A stretch of 60,212 nucleotides of DNA, taken from a virus (lineage: Duplodnaviria > Caudoviricetes). Shown piece by piece: positions 1 to 9,972 of this stretch. A program made the translations under genes and the position numbers. The stretch is taken from IMG/VR virus record IMGVR_UViG_3300007513_000041, positions 1 to 60,212 of that record, one strand, 5' to 3'. The notes beneath the pieces were generated by a model. The model had not been told where the DNA came from and did not search any database. It saw nothing but the letters and a program-made list of their open reading frames with translations. Numbering within the stretch: position 1 is the stretch's first letter; the number at the start of each line of letters is the position of its first letter.

Positions 1-744
1 AGAGGAATAATGGCTGGTGGTACTACTGGTAGTAATGTAAATATAATAGAATATGTTACTATAGCAAGTACAGGTAATGCACAAGACTTTGGTGATCTTA
101 CAGAAGCAAGAAATTCGCCTTGTGGAAATTTGAAATCTTCAACAGGAAGAAATTGTTTTTCAACAGGTAATATATATCCATCAAACCCAAACAGGAGTAA
201 TGTTATTGATTATATCACAGTAGCATCTGCAGGAAACGCTACAGATTTCGGAGATGATATTGATGCTTATGGAAGAACTGGTGGTTGTAATAATGGAACA
301 AGAGGTTGTATAGCAGGAGGTTATGGTTCAGGAGGGAAAGTTAATAATATATCTTATATTACAATGGCAAATACAGGAAACGCTACAGATTTTGGTGATT
401 TAATTGCAGTAACACAATTTATGGGAGGTACTGATAATAGTAGTAGAGGATTATTTGCAGGAGGTTATGATTCAAGTTATGCAAATAGAATTGATTATAT
501 CACTATAGCATCTACAGGTAATGCTGCTGATTTCGGTGATATGACAACATATAGACACCCACCTTATTCTTGTAATGATACAGTAAGATCAATATTTGCA
601 GGTGGTCAAGGAGCTAGTGGTGGTTCAGGTTTACAAAACAGTATTGAGTATGTTACAACAGCAACTTTAGGTAACGGAACAGACTTTGGAGATATGACAG
701 CAAGTAAATACGACAGTGTAGCAGGAGTGGATAGTTCAACATGA
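1..744 (+). CDS. C-terminal part of a beta-propeller receptor-binding/tail protein (5' truncated; probably continues from 58683..60212)
   Basis: Frame open from base 1 (RGIMAGG); five repeats RGxxAGG...[DE]Y[IV]T[IVMT]A[ST]xGNxxDFGD. Confidence 0.75.
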   Translation, partial: RGIMAGGTTGSNVNIIEYVTIASTGNAQDFGDLTEARNSPCGNLKSSTGRNCFSTGNIYPSNPNRSNVIDYITVASAGNATDFGDDIDAYGRTGGCNNGTRGCIAGGYGSGGKVNNISYITMANTGNATDFGDLIAVTQFMGGTDNSSRGLFAGGYDSSYANRIDYITIASTGNAADFGDMTTYRHPPYSCNDTVRSIFAGGQGASGGSGLQNSIEYVTTATLGNGTDFGDMTASKYDSVAGVDSST

Positions 745-1763
745 CAGTTAAATATGTAGATGCCAAAAGACTACAAGGCTTATCAAGTGATACCAAACCA
801 ACAAACGTACCAGCAGGAACTATTTTTGTTGAAACAGATACATATTACTATTCATGGTATGACGGTACTTCTTGGACTTTTCCAGCAAGAGGACTTTTTG
901 TTGGTGGGTATAATCAAGATGCAAACGCACAAAGAAATATTATTGATTATATTGCAATACAGACTACAGGTAATGCAACAGACTTTGGAGATATTTCTAT
1001 TGGTTCTTATGGTACTGCTGGTGGAGGTAATGGCACTAGGGGTGTTTTTGCATTAGGTAATGTAACATCATGGACAGATACAAATATAATAGAATATGTT
1101 ACAATGATGACAGCAGGAAACTCTACAGACTTTGGAGATTTAACAGTAGCAAGAACTCAATTAGCTGGTGGTATGGAAAATGGCACAAGATTAGTTTGGT
1201 CAAGTGGTAATGGTCTTTCGGTCAGTCACTTAAATACTATGGATTATGTTACTGTAGCTTCAACTGGTAACGCAACAGATTTCGGAGATGCCCAAACTGG
1301 TGTTTATGGTAGATGGCATGGTGTAAATAATGGCACAAGGGGTGTGTGTGCTGCTGGATATTCATCAGGTGGACAAATAAACGAGATTGATTACATAACT
1401 ATAGCAACAACAGGAAATGCAACTGACTTTGGAGATATGTCAGCATCAGGATATAATGGAGCTGGTGGAGATAATCAAAGTCGTGGAGTGTTTGTTGCTG
1501 GTCTAATGAGTAGTTCTGCTTCTAACACTATGGAATATATCACAATAGCTACAACAGGAAATACTACAGATTTCGGTGATAGAACGGTGGCAAAAAATAT
1601 GCCAGCTTGTGTTTGTGATGATACGAGAATTGTTATTGGTGGTGGTCAAAATATAAATACAATAGATTATATAACAACTGCTACTACAGGTAATGCGACA
1701 GACTTTGGTGATTTGACAGATCCAAGATATGGATTAGGAAGTTGTGATACACAGGGAGCATGA
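741..1763 (+). CDS. Six-bladed beta-propeller tail/receptor-binding protein with N-terminal anchor
   Basis: Six DFGD-ending repeats; N-terminal KRLQG...TNVPAGTIFVETDT...WYDGTSW motif shared with neighbours. Confidence 0.75.
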   Translation: MTVKYVDAKRLQGLSSDTKPTNVPAGTIFVETDTYYYSWYDGTSWTFPARGLFVGGYNQDANAQRNIIDYIAIQTTGNATDFGDISIGSYGTAGGGNGTRGVFALGNVTSWTDTNIIEYVTMMTAGNSTDFGDLTVARTQLAGGMENGTRLVWSSGNGLSVSHLNTMDYVTVASTGNATDFGDAQTGVYGRWHGVNNGTRGVCAAGYSSGGQINEIDYITIATTGNATDFGDMSASGYNGAGGDNQSRGVFVAGLMSSSASNTMEYITIATTGNTTDFGDRTVAKNMPACVCDDTRIVIGGGQNINTIDYITTATTGNATDFGDLTDPRYGLGSCDTQGA

Positions 1764-1800
1764 CCGAAAGTATTATATATTGTAATGGTGAGTTTATATT

Positions 1801-1908
1801 ATGAATTGTGTAAAATGTGGTCATACAGCAGATGAACATAGTTGTCCACTACCCTTAGTCGAATTGGATAATAGACATGAATGTTTAGTAGAGGGGTGTG
1901 ATTGTTAA
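1801..1908 (+). CDS. Micro Zn-binding protein (35 aa)
   Basis: MNCVKCGHTADEHSC...ECLVEGCDC; TATA box upstream; stop overlaps next ATG. Confidence 0.65.
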   Translation: MNCVKCGHTADEHSCPLPLVELDNRHECLVEGCDC

Positions 1909-2705
1909 TGACTGATGAGAATATTGAATTATTTACAAAGGTAACAGACGTTGCCAAACTAAGTAAAAAACAAGTAGCAAAAATATCAGCAAGATTGCCT
2001 GAATATCATAGGGCAAAAAGTATAGTAGGTCATGGCACATCGCAAACAAGTTATTCATTACAGACCATGCAGATGATAAGCGACAGTCCACTATCAAGAA
2101 TGAAACAATGCTTGGCACAGATAGATAAAAAATATAATGCGTTAAGAGAGGCATATTTCAGTGTTGAAAAATTAAAACTGGAAGCAAGAAAATTAGAGAA
2201 AAATAGAGATCAAGAATCACGATTAAGAGTAAGAGAAATACTAACACAAACAGACTCTATAACAATCAATATGCAGACTACTCTAAGGCAGATTGGTATG
2301 TTCCAAGATATGTATGACAGTATAAAGAAAAGCAATAACATACCTGATAATTGGTCAGAAAAAGACTATGAGAAACAGGAAATATCACACATGGTAAAAT
2401 CATCATTCAGATTGGCAATACAAGACCTATCAGCAAACGGTAGAATATCCCATGCTTGTGTAGAGTATTGGGAGCAGTTGGGAATACACCCACAGGTTGC
2501 AGAAATAAGAACTAGAAAATATCTAACAGACACACAGATGAAAATTAACGCAAATGATTATGTATCAATACAAGAAATGTATACATTCCTAGATGAAATG
2601 GCAGAAGAATTTAAAGATGCACATAAGGAAGCATTGGCAAGAATAGGACTTGATGGTGTAGGATCAGAACAATTCATGGCAGAGGGAGGTACTAAACCCA
2701 CATAA
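1908..2705 (+). CDS. Coiled-coil hypothetical protein, possible tail-fibre assembly factor
   Basis: Helical ORF among propeller genes; ATG at 1908 coupled to upstream TAA. Confidence 0.55.
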   Translation: MTDENIELFTKVTDVAKLSKKQVAKISARLPEYHRAKSIVGHGTSQTSYSLQTMQMISDSPLSRMKQCLAQIDKKYNALREAYFSVEKLKLEARKLEKNRDQESRLRVREILTQTDSITINMQTTLRQIGMFQDMYDSIKKSNNIPDNWSEKDYEKQEISHMVKSSFRLAIQDLSANGRISHACVEYWEQLGIHPQVAEIRTRKYLTDTQMKINANDYVSIQEMYTFLDEMAEEFKDAHKEALARIGLDGVGSEQFMAEGGTKPT

Positions 2706-3511
2706 TGGCAATCAAACATCTATCAGGTAATCGACTTCAAGGAACAAATGCAGAACGACTTGCATTATTAGCATCAACAACAACAACCGTAGATTTTTCA
2801 AGTGATCCATTAACATCTTCATCTACAGAAGTAAGTTATAATGCAACAACCGATAAAATTGACTATGATCTGCAAGGATCAGACACAGGTGGTGGTCGTG
2901 GTACTATTGATTTAGGTGCAAGTGTTGGTGCAAGTTGGGTTATAGATTTTGATATTCATGATACAGCAGTAACAAGCAATCACACTGCTAGGCTTTGTAA
3001 TTTCTTTGGCATGGCTACTAATAATGTTGATATGACTTCTACTACTGCACTAGCTGGAACATTAGGTGTTAGTAGTGATATTGATCATGAAAATGCTAGT
3101 AGAGATAGATATGAATTAATTGCAAGCTCAACAGGAAATTATCAATCAACTGATTATATTACAAATGCAGACACGATTACAAATAATAATCATTGGTATA
3201 TCAGAATGACTAAAGATGGTTCTGCTGATACATTCAAAGTTGATTTTTATACAACATCAGCAAGAACAGGATCACCCTCACACACCGTCACGAAATCAAG
3301 TGTCACATTTGATGATGTACGTTATTTTGGTGTGTGGGATTCAGGTGATACAGGTGGGACAAATAGGCAGGTAGGAAATATTAGTGAAATAAAATTTTGG
3401 AATAACACAACCACAAACATACCTGATATTGAAGCAGGCACAATCTTTGAAGAATACGATACAGGCAACCACTACATATGGAGTGGAAGTGCGTGGAATC
3501 AAATGAGTTGA
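2705..3511 (+). CDS. Tail-associated lectin-like (ConA/LamG-like) protein with split anchor
   Basis: MAIKHLSGNRLQG...beta-rich domain...EAGTIFEEYDTGNHYIWSGSAW. Confidence 0.6.
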   Translation: MAIKHLSGNRLQGTNAERLALLASTTTTVDFSSDPLTSSSTEVSYNATTDKIDYDLQGSDTGGGRGTIDLGASVGASWVIDFDIHDTAVTSNHTARLCNFFGMATNNVDMTSTTALAGTLGVSSDIDHENASRDRYELIASSTGNYQSTDYITNADTITNNNHWYIRMTKDGSADTFKVDFYTTSARTGSPSHTVTKSSVTFDDVRYFGVWDSGDTGGTNRQVGNISEIKFWNNTTTNIPDIEAGTIFEEYDTGNHYIWSGSAWNQMS

Positions 3512-3528
3512 TATGATGGAGGATAAAG

Positions 3529-3774
3529 ATGAGTCAGATAGTAAAAAGGCTTATAGAGTTTTTAATAATAACATCATTATTAAACGCAGTTTACTTCACA
3601 GTTATGATACCTTGGATTATACTCGTAGTGGGAATAGAGGGAGAACAATTCAAAACGTGGCTATGGCAGGGGTTCATAATAGACCTAGCTTTGGGTTATC
3701 CTGCTGGTAAGTTGTTATTACATTTTAAGGATAGAATACATTCACTCTGTAAACTGGGTGGCATAAATGGCTAA
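3529..3774 (+). CDS. Small two-TM membrane protein
   Basis: Two hydrophobic segments; overlaps next start. Confidence 0.55.
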   Translation: MSQIVKRLIEFLIITSLLNAVYFTVMIPWIILVVGIEGEQFKTWLWQGFIIDLALGYPAGKLLLHFKDRIHSLCKLGGING

Positions 3775-6700
3775 AGTAGGTATTGTTTTTCAGCCGAACA
3801 TATTTCAAAGTAATACATACCAAGATAATACTTGGGGTCTCAATGCATTTCAGAGAGGGGTATATCAATCCAATGTATTTGATACTATTCAGACCCTCCT
3901 AAAAGTAATAAATGAAACACTAACATCAACAGAAAATACAAACAAACTTAGAGTATTGATAAGGTTAGCGAATGAGAGTGTATCAATACAGCAGTTTAGA
4001 AAGAGAATCAGGGCTGTAATAAGACTGGTAGATGAAACTCTAGCTACACAAGAAGGTAAAACACATGTAAGAGGATTAATAAGATTATTAGATGAACAAG
4101 TATCAACAACAGACGTAGCAGTAAGACTAAGAAGTATGATTAAACTTCTAGCAGAGACGGAATCATTTGCAGAACAGAGAAATTTCAAGAAGACGATATT
4201 CCAAATTGTAAGTGAGACAATAGTTGTAGCATTTAAGGGAGTATTCCAGAATGATACGTTCCAGAATAATGCATTTACACAGGCATTAAAAGAACTGGTA
4301 ACTATTCGTGGAAGAAAGAAGATGGTAAATGAGAATGAAAATATTGTAAGATTAAGCAAACCATTCCAACAGAATACATATCAGAATAATGTATTCCAGT
4401 TAAGTTCAGAAGCAAATAAGGTAACTGGTTTAAGAAGGTTTATCAATGAAAGTATGTCAGTACAACAATTCAGGGCAAAAACTAGAGCAGTATTAAGAGC
4501 TGTTAATGAAACATTAGCATTAAGTGAAACAAGAGTAAAACTACAAGCATTAGTCAGACTGGCAAATGAAACTCAAGCAATACCAGAAACACAAAAGAGA
4601 ATAATGACATTACTTAAATTCTTAAATGAAACAGAATCAGTTCAGTCATTCAGAACAAGAATAAGACCACTATTAAAGGTTATATCAAATACAGTAAGTA
4701 TGTCAGAGACAATAAATCAGTTCAGAGGTATAGCAAGAATAATAAATAACACAATAAGCATTTCACAAACAGAACTTAGATTTACTGGATTCATGAAAAT
4801 GTTAACTGAGGGTGTGACAATACAAGAGTTTAGAACAAGACCAAGAGCCATACTCAAATTAATAGCAGACACGGTAAGTACAACAGAAAATCTATACAAG
4901 TCATGGGTAAAGAGAGTGAACAACACTGTTGCAACAACCGAATCATTAATACACCTACAGGCATTGATAAGATTATCCAATGAAGGAATATCAATACAGT
5001 CATTCAGATTAAGAGCAAAGACAATACTAAAGTTATTAAATGAAACATTATCATATACAGAGAATACATTATTCAGAAGAGGAATAGTAAGATCTGTTAT
5101 AGAGACACAGACAATAGCAGATGCATTCCACAGATTAAAAACAATAATAAGATCAGTGGTAGATACAGTATCAATACAGTCATTCAGAACACCAAGAAGA
5201 TCATTATTAAAGGTAATAAATAGCACAGTATATATATTAAAAACAAAGGCTTCAACATTCCAATACAACATATTCCAGAATGATCTGTTCCAGTTAGGAG
5301 AAGAGGCTTTACATGTAATAGGAATAAGGAGAATGATAAACGAGACTGTTGCAGGAACAGAATCATTTGCAAGAAGAGTTGCAATATTAGTTGCAGAGAC
5401 AATAGCCACCACAGAGAATTTGTTAAGAAGAAGGGCATTAGTAAGGTTAGCAAATGAGTCTGTATCAGTACAACAATTTAGGCAAAGACTTAGAGTGATA
5501 GTGAAAATGCTAGGTGAAACCGTAGTAACTACAGAAACGTTACTCAGAAGACTTGCTATATTAAGAGCATTCGCAGAAAACATGTCTGTTCAGGAAGGAA
5601 CTTTGGTCAGAAGGATATTAAGAAGAGTAATATCAAACATTGTATCTGTAGGAGATAATAGAATACCACTTCGTGCATTAAGAAGAATGATAAATGAAAC
5701 GGAATCTATTCAAAGCTTTAGGCAGAGAATTAAAACTATACGAAAACTTGTAACAGAGACAGTAGCGTCTACAGAAATATCTAGAACAATAAGAGGAAGA
5801 GTGAAGGCAGTTGCAGAAATCATTAATATAGTAAAGGCAGGTAGTGTATTCCAAAGCATGTTCCAGAACAGTGTGTTCCAGATAGGTAAGGAATATCATA
5901 AACTACAAACTCTAGGAAGGTTTGCTAATGAAACTGTATCGTTGGTTGACTCACAAGTAAGAAGATTATCAATTAGAAAACTTGTGGCTGAGACAGTTGC
6001 TGCTGTTGAAGACCTAATTCCAAGAGGGGTATTTGTAAGATTTGCGAACAGTACGGTTGCAATATCAGAGGGATTCATCAATAGATGGGTCAAGTTGGCA
6101 AACGAAATTGTAACCACTGCAGAGTCATTAGTACATTTACAGGCGTTAATAAGAATAGCAAACGACACAATATCAGTTCAAAGCTTCAGACAAAAAATAA
6201 GGGCAATAAGAAAATTAGTAGCAGAAACAGTGAGTTCGTCAGAAACAATGAATACAATACGTGGAAGAATTAAGAGTGTAATAGAAACAGTTGCTATAAA
6301 CGAATCATTGTTAAGGAGACTTGCTTTGGTTAAGTCTGTATCAAACACTGTAAGCATAGTAGAAACAAAACTAAGATTACTTGAAATATTAAGAAGTGTA
6401 GTAGAGACAGTAGGAATTGTAGAGTTGGTGGTAAAACTCAGAGGAATAGTCAGAAGTATATCTGAGACATCTGCAATATCTGATGCATTCAATAAATTAA
6501 GGGTTATAATAAGATTGGTAAACGAAAATATGTCACCTGTAGAAACATTATTACGAAGAATGACATTACTCAAGGCATTAGCAGAGAGTATATCAATACA
6601 ATCATTCAGAATCCCACAAAGATTGTTATTAAAGATGGTAAACAACACTGTATCATATGCAGAATCAATAATTAAACTCAGAGGATTGGGTAAGATAGTA

Positions 6701-7216
6701 AACTCTACAGTATCAATTTCAGAATCATTGTTAAGGGTACGTGTATTAGTAAGGATGGCTAACGAAACAGTATCAGTTCAGTCATTCAGAGAAAGAGTCA
6801 GGGCAATAAGAAAATTGGTAAGTGAGTCTGTTGGTATAAGCGAAGGATTTATCAATAGATGGGTAAAATATGTCGGTGAGACGGTATCATCTACAGAGTC
6901 AACATTCAAAAAACGTGTAATAATACCAATAGTAAATGAGGTAGTAGCAATAACAGAATCCATAAAAACATTTGCAGGATATATAAGATATTCCAATGAA
7001 GTGTTATCAATAGTAGAGAATATCACCAAAAACCTTCAATATGGTTTGGTTAAACAGAGTAGAACAGGTAGAATATTTGGAAGGGGAAAGACGGTGAAAG
7101 TATCAGATAAGACCAAAGATGTTAAACTAACCGATAAATCCAAGATTGGCAGACTAGCAGATAGGGTTAAAAATATAAAACTATTTAAGCGAGATAAGGG
7201 TGTAAAAGGAGTATAG
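3767..7216 (+). CDS. 1149-aa basic repeat protein, probable fibre/virion structural protein
   Basis: Dozens of ~19-aa repeats like ETVSIQSFRxRxRxIxKLV; five [FY]QxNx clusters. Confidence 0.65.
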   Translation: MAKVGIVFQPNIFQSNTYQDNTWGLNAFQRGVYQSNVFDTIQTLLKVINETLTSTENTNKLRVLIRLANESVSIQQFRKRIRAVIRLVDETLATQEGKTHVRGLIRLLDEQVSTTDVAVRLRSMIKLLAETESFAEQRNFKKTIFQIVSETIVVAFKGVFQNDTFQNNAFTQALKELVTIRGRKKMVNENENIVRLSKPFQQNTYQNNVFQLSSEANKVTGLRRFINESMSVQQFRAKTRAVLRAVNETLALSETRVKLQALVRLANETQAIPETQKRIMTLLKFLNETESVQSFRTRIRPLLKVISNTVSMSETINQFRGIARIINNTISISQTELRFTGFMKMLTEGVTIQEFRTRPRAILKLIADTVSTTENLYKSWVKRVNNTVATTESLIHLQALIRLSNEGISIQSFRLRAKTILKLLNETLSYTENTLFRRGIVRSVIETQTIADAFHRLKTIIRSVVDTVSIQSFRTPRRSLLKVINSTVYILKTKASTFQYNIFQNDLFQLGEEALHVIGIRRMINETVAGTESFARRVAILVAETIATTENLLRRRALVRLANESVSVQQFRQRLRVIVKMLGETVVTTETLLRRLAILRAFAENMSVQEGTLVRRILRRVISNIVSVGDNRIPLRALRRMINETESIQSFRQRIKTIRKLVTETVASTEISRTIRGRVKAVAEIINIVKAGSVFQSMFQNSVFQIGKEYHKLQTLGRFANETVSLVDSQVRRLSIRKLVAETVAAVEDLIPRGVFVRFANSTVAISEGFINRWVKLANEIVTTAESLVHLQALIRIANDTISVQSFRQKIRAIRKLVAETVSSSETMNTIRGRIKSVIETVAINESLLRRLALVKSVSNTVSIVETKLRLLEILRSVVETVGIVELVVKLRGIVRSISETSAISDAFNKLRVIIRLVNENMSPVETLLRRMTLLKALAESISIQSFRIPQRLLLKMVNNTVSYAESIIKLRGLGKIVNSTVSISESLLRVRVLVRMANETVSVQSFRERVRAIRKLVSESVGISEGFINRWVKYVGETVSSTESTFKKRVIIPIVNEVVAITESIKTFAGYIRYSNEVLSIVENITKNLQYGLVKQSRTGRIFGRGKTVKVSDKTKDVKLTDKSKIGRLADRVKNIKLFKRDKGVKGV

Positions 7217-7217
7217 G

Positions 7218-7571
7218 ATGTCTCAAAATCTATATCCAAGAGCAACGGAATACAGAGTAAAATCTGGAAGTAGGGCTACGTTAGAACTTACAATCCAAGA
7301 CTCTACAGGTACTGCAAAAAGCCTATCAAATGCAGTTACATATTCTACAGGTGTGTGGAAAGTATGGAAACCAGACGGAACACTGATAATTAATGGAGCT
7401 ATAACATACTCAGACAGAGCCAACGGTAAGGTATCATATGCATTATCAGCAACAGACACAGCAGTGGCTAATGCAGGTAATTGGGAGGGTGAAGTAGAAT
7501 TATTCAACTCAGCAGGAGTAATGTCAGAACAGACGAAATCTTTTAATTTCACCATTGAGGAGAGTTATTAA
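7218..7571 (+). CDS. BppU-like/Ig-fold baseplate or fibre-attachment protein
   Basis: LELTIQD...GKVSY..SATDTAVANAGNWEGEVEL pattern typical of BppU N-terminal-like domains. Confidence 0.55.
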   Translation: MSQNLYPRATEYRVKSGSRATLELTIQDSTGTAKSLSNAVTYSTGVWKVWKPDGTLIINGAITYSDRANGKVSYALSATDTAVANAGNWEGEVELFNSAGVMSEQTKSFNFTIEESY

Positions 7572-7717
7572 TGGCAGATTTAACAGTAATAGCATCAGGA
7601 ACATGCGAAGAATGTGGTCACACACAAACAGCACATGAAGGAAATAAGGGATGTAATGCACCAAACAACGATAACCCAAGCATTCCTTGTGGATGCGAAA
7701 ACATAGGCAGTTACTAA
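7571..7717 (+). CDS. Micro Zn-binding protein (48 aa)
   Basis: MADLTVIASGTCEECGHTQTAHEGNKGC...PCGC; coupled start. Confidence 0.65.
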   Translation: MADLTVIASGTCEECGHTQTAHEGNKGCNAPNNDNPSIPCGCENIGSY

Positions 7718-7748
7718 GGTTTATATTAGGAACATCATACAAAACTGT

Positions 7749-8510
7749 ATGATAAAACTACAGGATATAAGCGATAAAATATATTTTGATTTTAGGAAGT
7801 CTCAGGTTAAGGCTATGGAGACAGAAAGACTTGGTAAAATTCACGTATCTGATGTGATAAAACCATGTATGAGGAACGTCATATATAGTAAGATATTACC
7901 ACATACAGGTATGACAACCGAAGATATGAGAAGTCTATATCTAGGTCAGGCTATACATAATGCATCACAAGTAGGAGAATTAGATAATCATGAGATGTTT
8001 TTAGGTTATAATTATATTCGTGATGAGGTAGTCACATTAGATGAGGCTAAAAGAATACCAAAAGATGATCCAAAACATCTAGATATAATATATGGTTCTA
8101 TCGATGACTTGGTAAAAGTTGGTCAGGAGTGGGTTATTACTGATAAAAAAACTACAGGCTCTATAGATTACTTCTCAAGGTATAATGCAAAACCAAGTGA
8201 AAGTCATGTAGATCAAATAAATTGTTATCGAGTTTTGTTAAAAAAGTGTTACGATATTGACGCACATTACGGTGCTGTTATATATATGTCAAATGGAATA
8301 GACAAGGAGAAAAGAGATAAACCAGTAGTAATGCCATTTAAACTAAAGTCTGTTGACGAAACACTTGAAAAAATAATAAAGCAAGGAAGAATAATAAAGG
8401 CTTCACTTACAAAAAAGGTTTTACCTGAAAGAACAAAATGTTTCCTTTGTGATGGTATGTGTCCTTACGCAACAAAGTGCTTCACAGAGGAAAATGATTC
8501 ATTTGCCTAG
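7749..8510 (+). CDS. cas4: Cas4-like PD-(D/E)xK exonuclease with Fe-S cluster
   Basis: N-terminal Cys (KPCMR), GQAIH, GSIDD, TDKKT, HVDQINCY, C-terminal CFLCDGMCPYATKC. Confidence 0.8.
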   Translation: MIKLQDISDKIYFDFRKSQVKAMETERLGKIHVSDVIKPCMRNVIYSKILPHTGMTTEDMRSLYLGQAIHNASQVGELDNHEMFLGYNYIRDEVVTLDEAKRIPKDDPKHLDIIYGSIDDLVKVGQEWVITDKKTTGSIDYFSRYNAKPSESHVDQINCYRVLLKKCYDIDAHYGAVIYMSNGIDKEKRDKPVVMPFKLKSVDETLEKIIKQGRIIKASLTKKVLPERTKCFLCDGMCPYATKCFTEENDSFA

Positions 8511-8691
8511 CGATGACGAAATCAGAAGTATGATTTTATATCAGAAAGAATGCCTTCTACATATCCCAACTGATCCTGATGAATATAAAATCGGAAATAA
8601 GTTTATAGATGTTCCTGATGATGAAAGACGAGGAATCATAAAGGCTTTAAGGTGGATAATAGAAGATTATGAAGATATATTTCAACGCTAA
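8494..8691 (+). CDS. Hypothetical protein
   Basis: ORF overlapping both neighbours in the operon. Confidence 0.5.
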   Translation: MIHLPSDDEIRSMILYQKECLLHIPTDPDEYKIGNKFIDVPDDERRGIIKALRWIIEDYEDIFQR

Positions 8692-9442
8692 TAATAAGGC
8701 GCATCAAGAGGCTTTAGAACAATGTGGTGTTAAGAATGTCATGCTGTCATTTAGATACTCATATGCGAATATCGTCAAATTCAGGAATAAATTTGATAAA
8801 GTGTTTGTTACAGCAGGCACGGGTTCTATTCCTGAGAAATATTATGAGTTTTTACATGCGAAATTAGGTCTATATGACTATGCTACTCAGTTTGATGTTA
8901 GATATAATACAGTAGACACAATGCATTACTACAACAGAGAGAGATTAAAAGAAAATATTAATTGGACAATACCTGTGCTACAGGAAAATTATCTAAATCA
9001 TTTATCTTTGTTAAGACCAGAACCAAATGACTATGTGTGTATAGGAGACATTCATGGTAAGTTGGAAACAGAGGATCAGATAAGAAAACTACCAATGAAT
9101 ATAAAATATCATGGTCTTGCGAAGGGAAAGCATGTAACACAAACCAGACTTTTTGAGAGTTTAGACACAAGTGGATGGGTATCTGCTGCAATGTCAAAGA
9201 AAACAGAAGTATGGAATGCAAATTCTACATACTCTATGTTCTTTGGTGAAAAGGGAAAGACAATGAAGCCAATGCTTAACCACATATTAGAGGTATATAA
9301 GGAAAATTTAGAGAAAGTTGGTATAACAAAGAACGGTGTGCTTGAAAATGAATACTATTCATTATTAAAAGCTCCTATGGCACTATTATTTATGCCTATG
9401 TGCAAGAGCTTGGGTATTTACAAAGAAAACTTTAATAAGTAA
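8669..9442 (+). CDS. TGT/DpdA-like (7-deazaguanine transglycosylase-fold) protein
   Basis: MKIYF..., MLSF, QFDV, IPVLQ, YVCIG, YHGLA, SLDTSGW motifs in TGT-family order. Confidence 0.6.
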   Translation: MKIYFNANNKAHQEALEQCGVKNVMLSFRYSYANIVKFRNKFDKVFVTAGTGSIPEKYYEFLHAKLGLYDYATQFDVRYNTVDTMHYYNRERLKENINWTIPVLQENYLNHLSLLRPEPNDYVCIGDIHGKLETEDQIRKLPMNIKYHGLAKGKHVTQTRLFESLDTSGWVSAAMSKKTEVWNANSTYSMFFGEKGKTMKPMLNHILEVYKENLEKVGITKNGVLENEYYSLLKAPMALLFMPMCKSLGIYKENFNK

Positions 9443-9459
9443 CAATTACAAAAACAAAC

Positions 9460-9972
9460 ATGACAGATGAATTATTTAAAATAAAACCTGTGGGTGTTAA
9501 GAGTAAGGTAGTAATGGATAAACGCAAGGTCGTATCACCTTACAACTCTGCAAAGCATTTCAAAACAGCAAACCTCCCTGCGTATTGTAATCAGTGTGTT
9601 TACAGGTCTATGGAGTCTGGTGGTAATGATAAATGTCCAAAATATGAAGTTGACGCAGTATGTGCAATAAGAGAAGACTTTCTAAAGTTTATTAGTGAAA
9701 TGGATACCAGAAATCCAGAAGATATAAAATCGATGTTAGACCTCTTGGCTAAATTATCACTTGAAAATGTACTCATGGCTCTAACAGAGGCTAAAATGGA
9801 TGGTAATATACCTGACAGAAATACCAAGAGTGAAATAAACACACTACTTAACATAGTGAAATCAATAACAGATTTAAACAGCAAGATAGTTATGACCGAA
9901 GAAACTAAACTAAACAAGAAGGGAGATATAGAAAGTATATTTAAACAGATAAAGGCTCAGAGGTCTGAATAA
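9460..9972 (+). CDS. Cys-containing helical protein, candidate terminase small subunit
   Basis: CNQC...C...C then helical region; lies upstream of TerL. Confidence 0.4.
   Translation: MTDELFKIKPVGVKSKVVMDKRKVVSPYNSAKHFKTANLPAYCNQCVYRSMESGGNDKCPKYEVDAVCAIREDFLKFISEMDTRNPEDIKSMLDLLAKLSLENVLMALTEAKMDGNIPDRNTKSEINTLLNIVKSITDLNSKIVMTEETKLNKKGDIESIFKQIKAQRSE

Noticed and set aside
1-1763. Diversity-generating retroelement acting on the propeller repeats
   Set aside because: No reverse transcriptase recognised; repeats differ at all bases, not only adenines
3889-7245. Long minus-strand ORFs antisense to the repeat protein
   Set aside because: Shadow frames produced by repeat codon bias; the same applies to antisense ORFs over the capsid, portal and vWA genes
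7749-8510. CRISPR-Cas system suggested by Cas4
   Set aside because: No cas1/cas2 and no repeat-spacer array seen; solo Cas4-like nucleases are common in archaeal viruses
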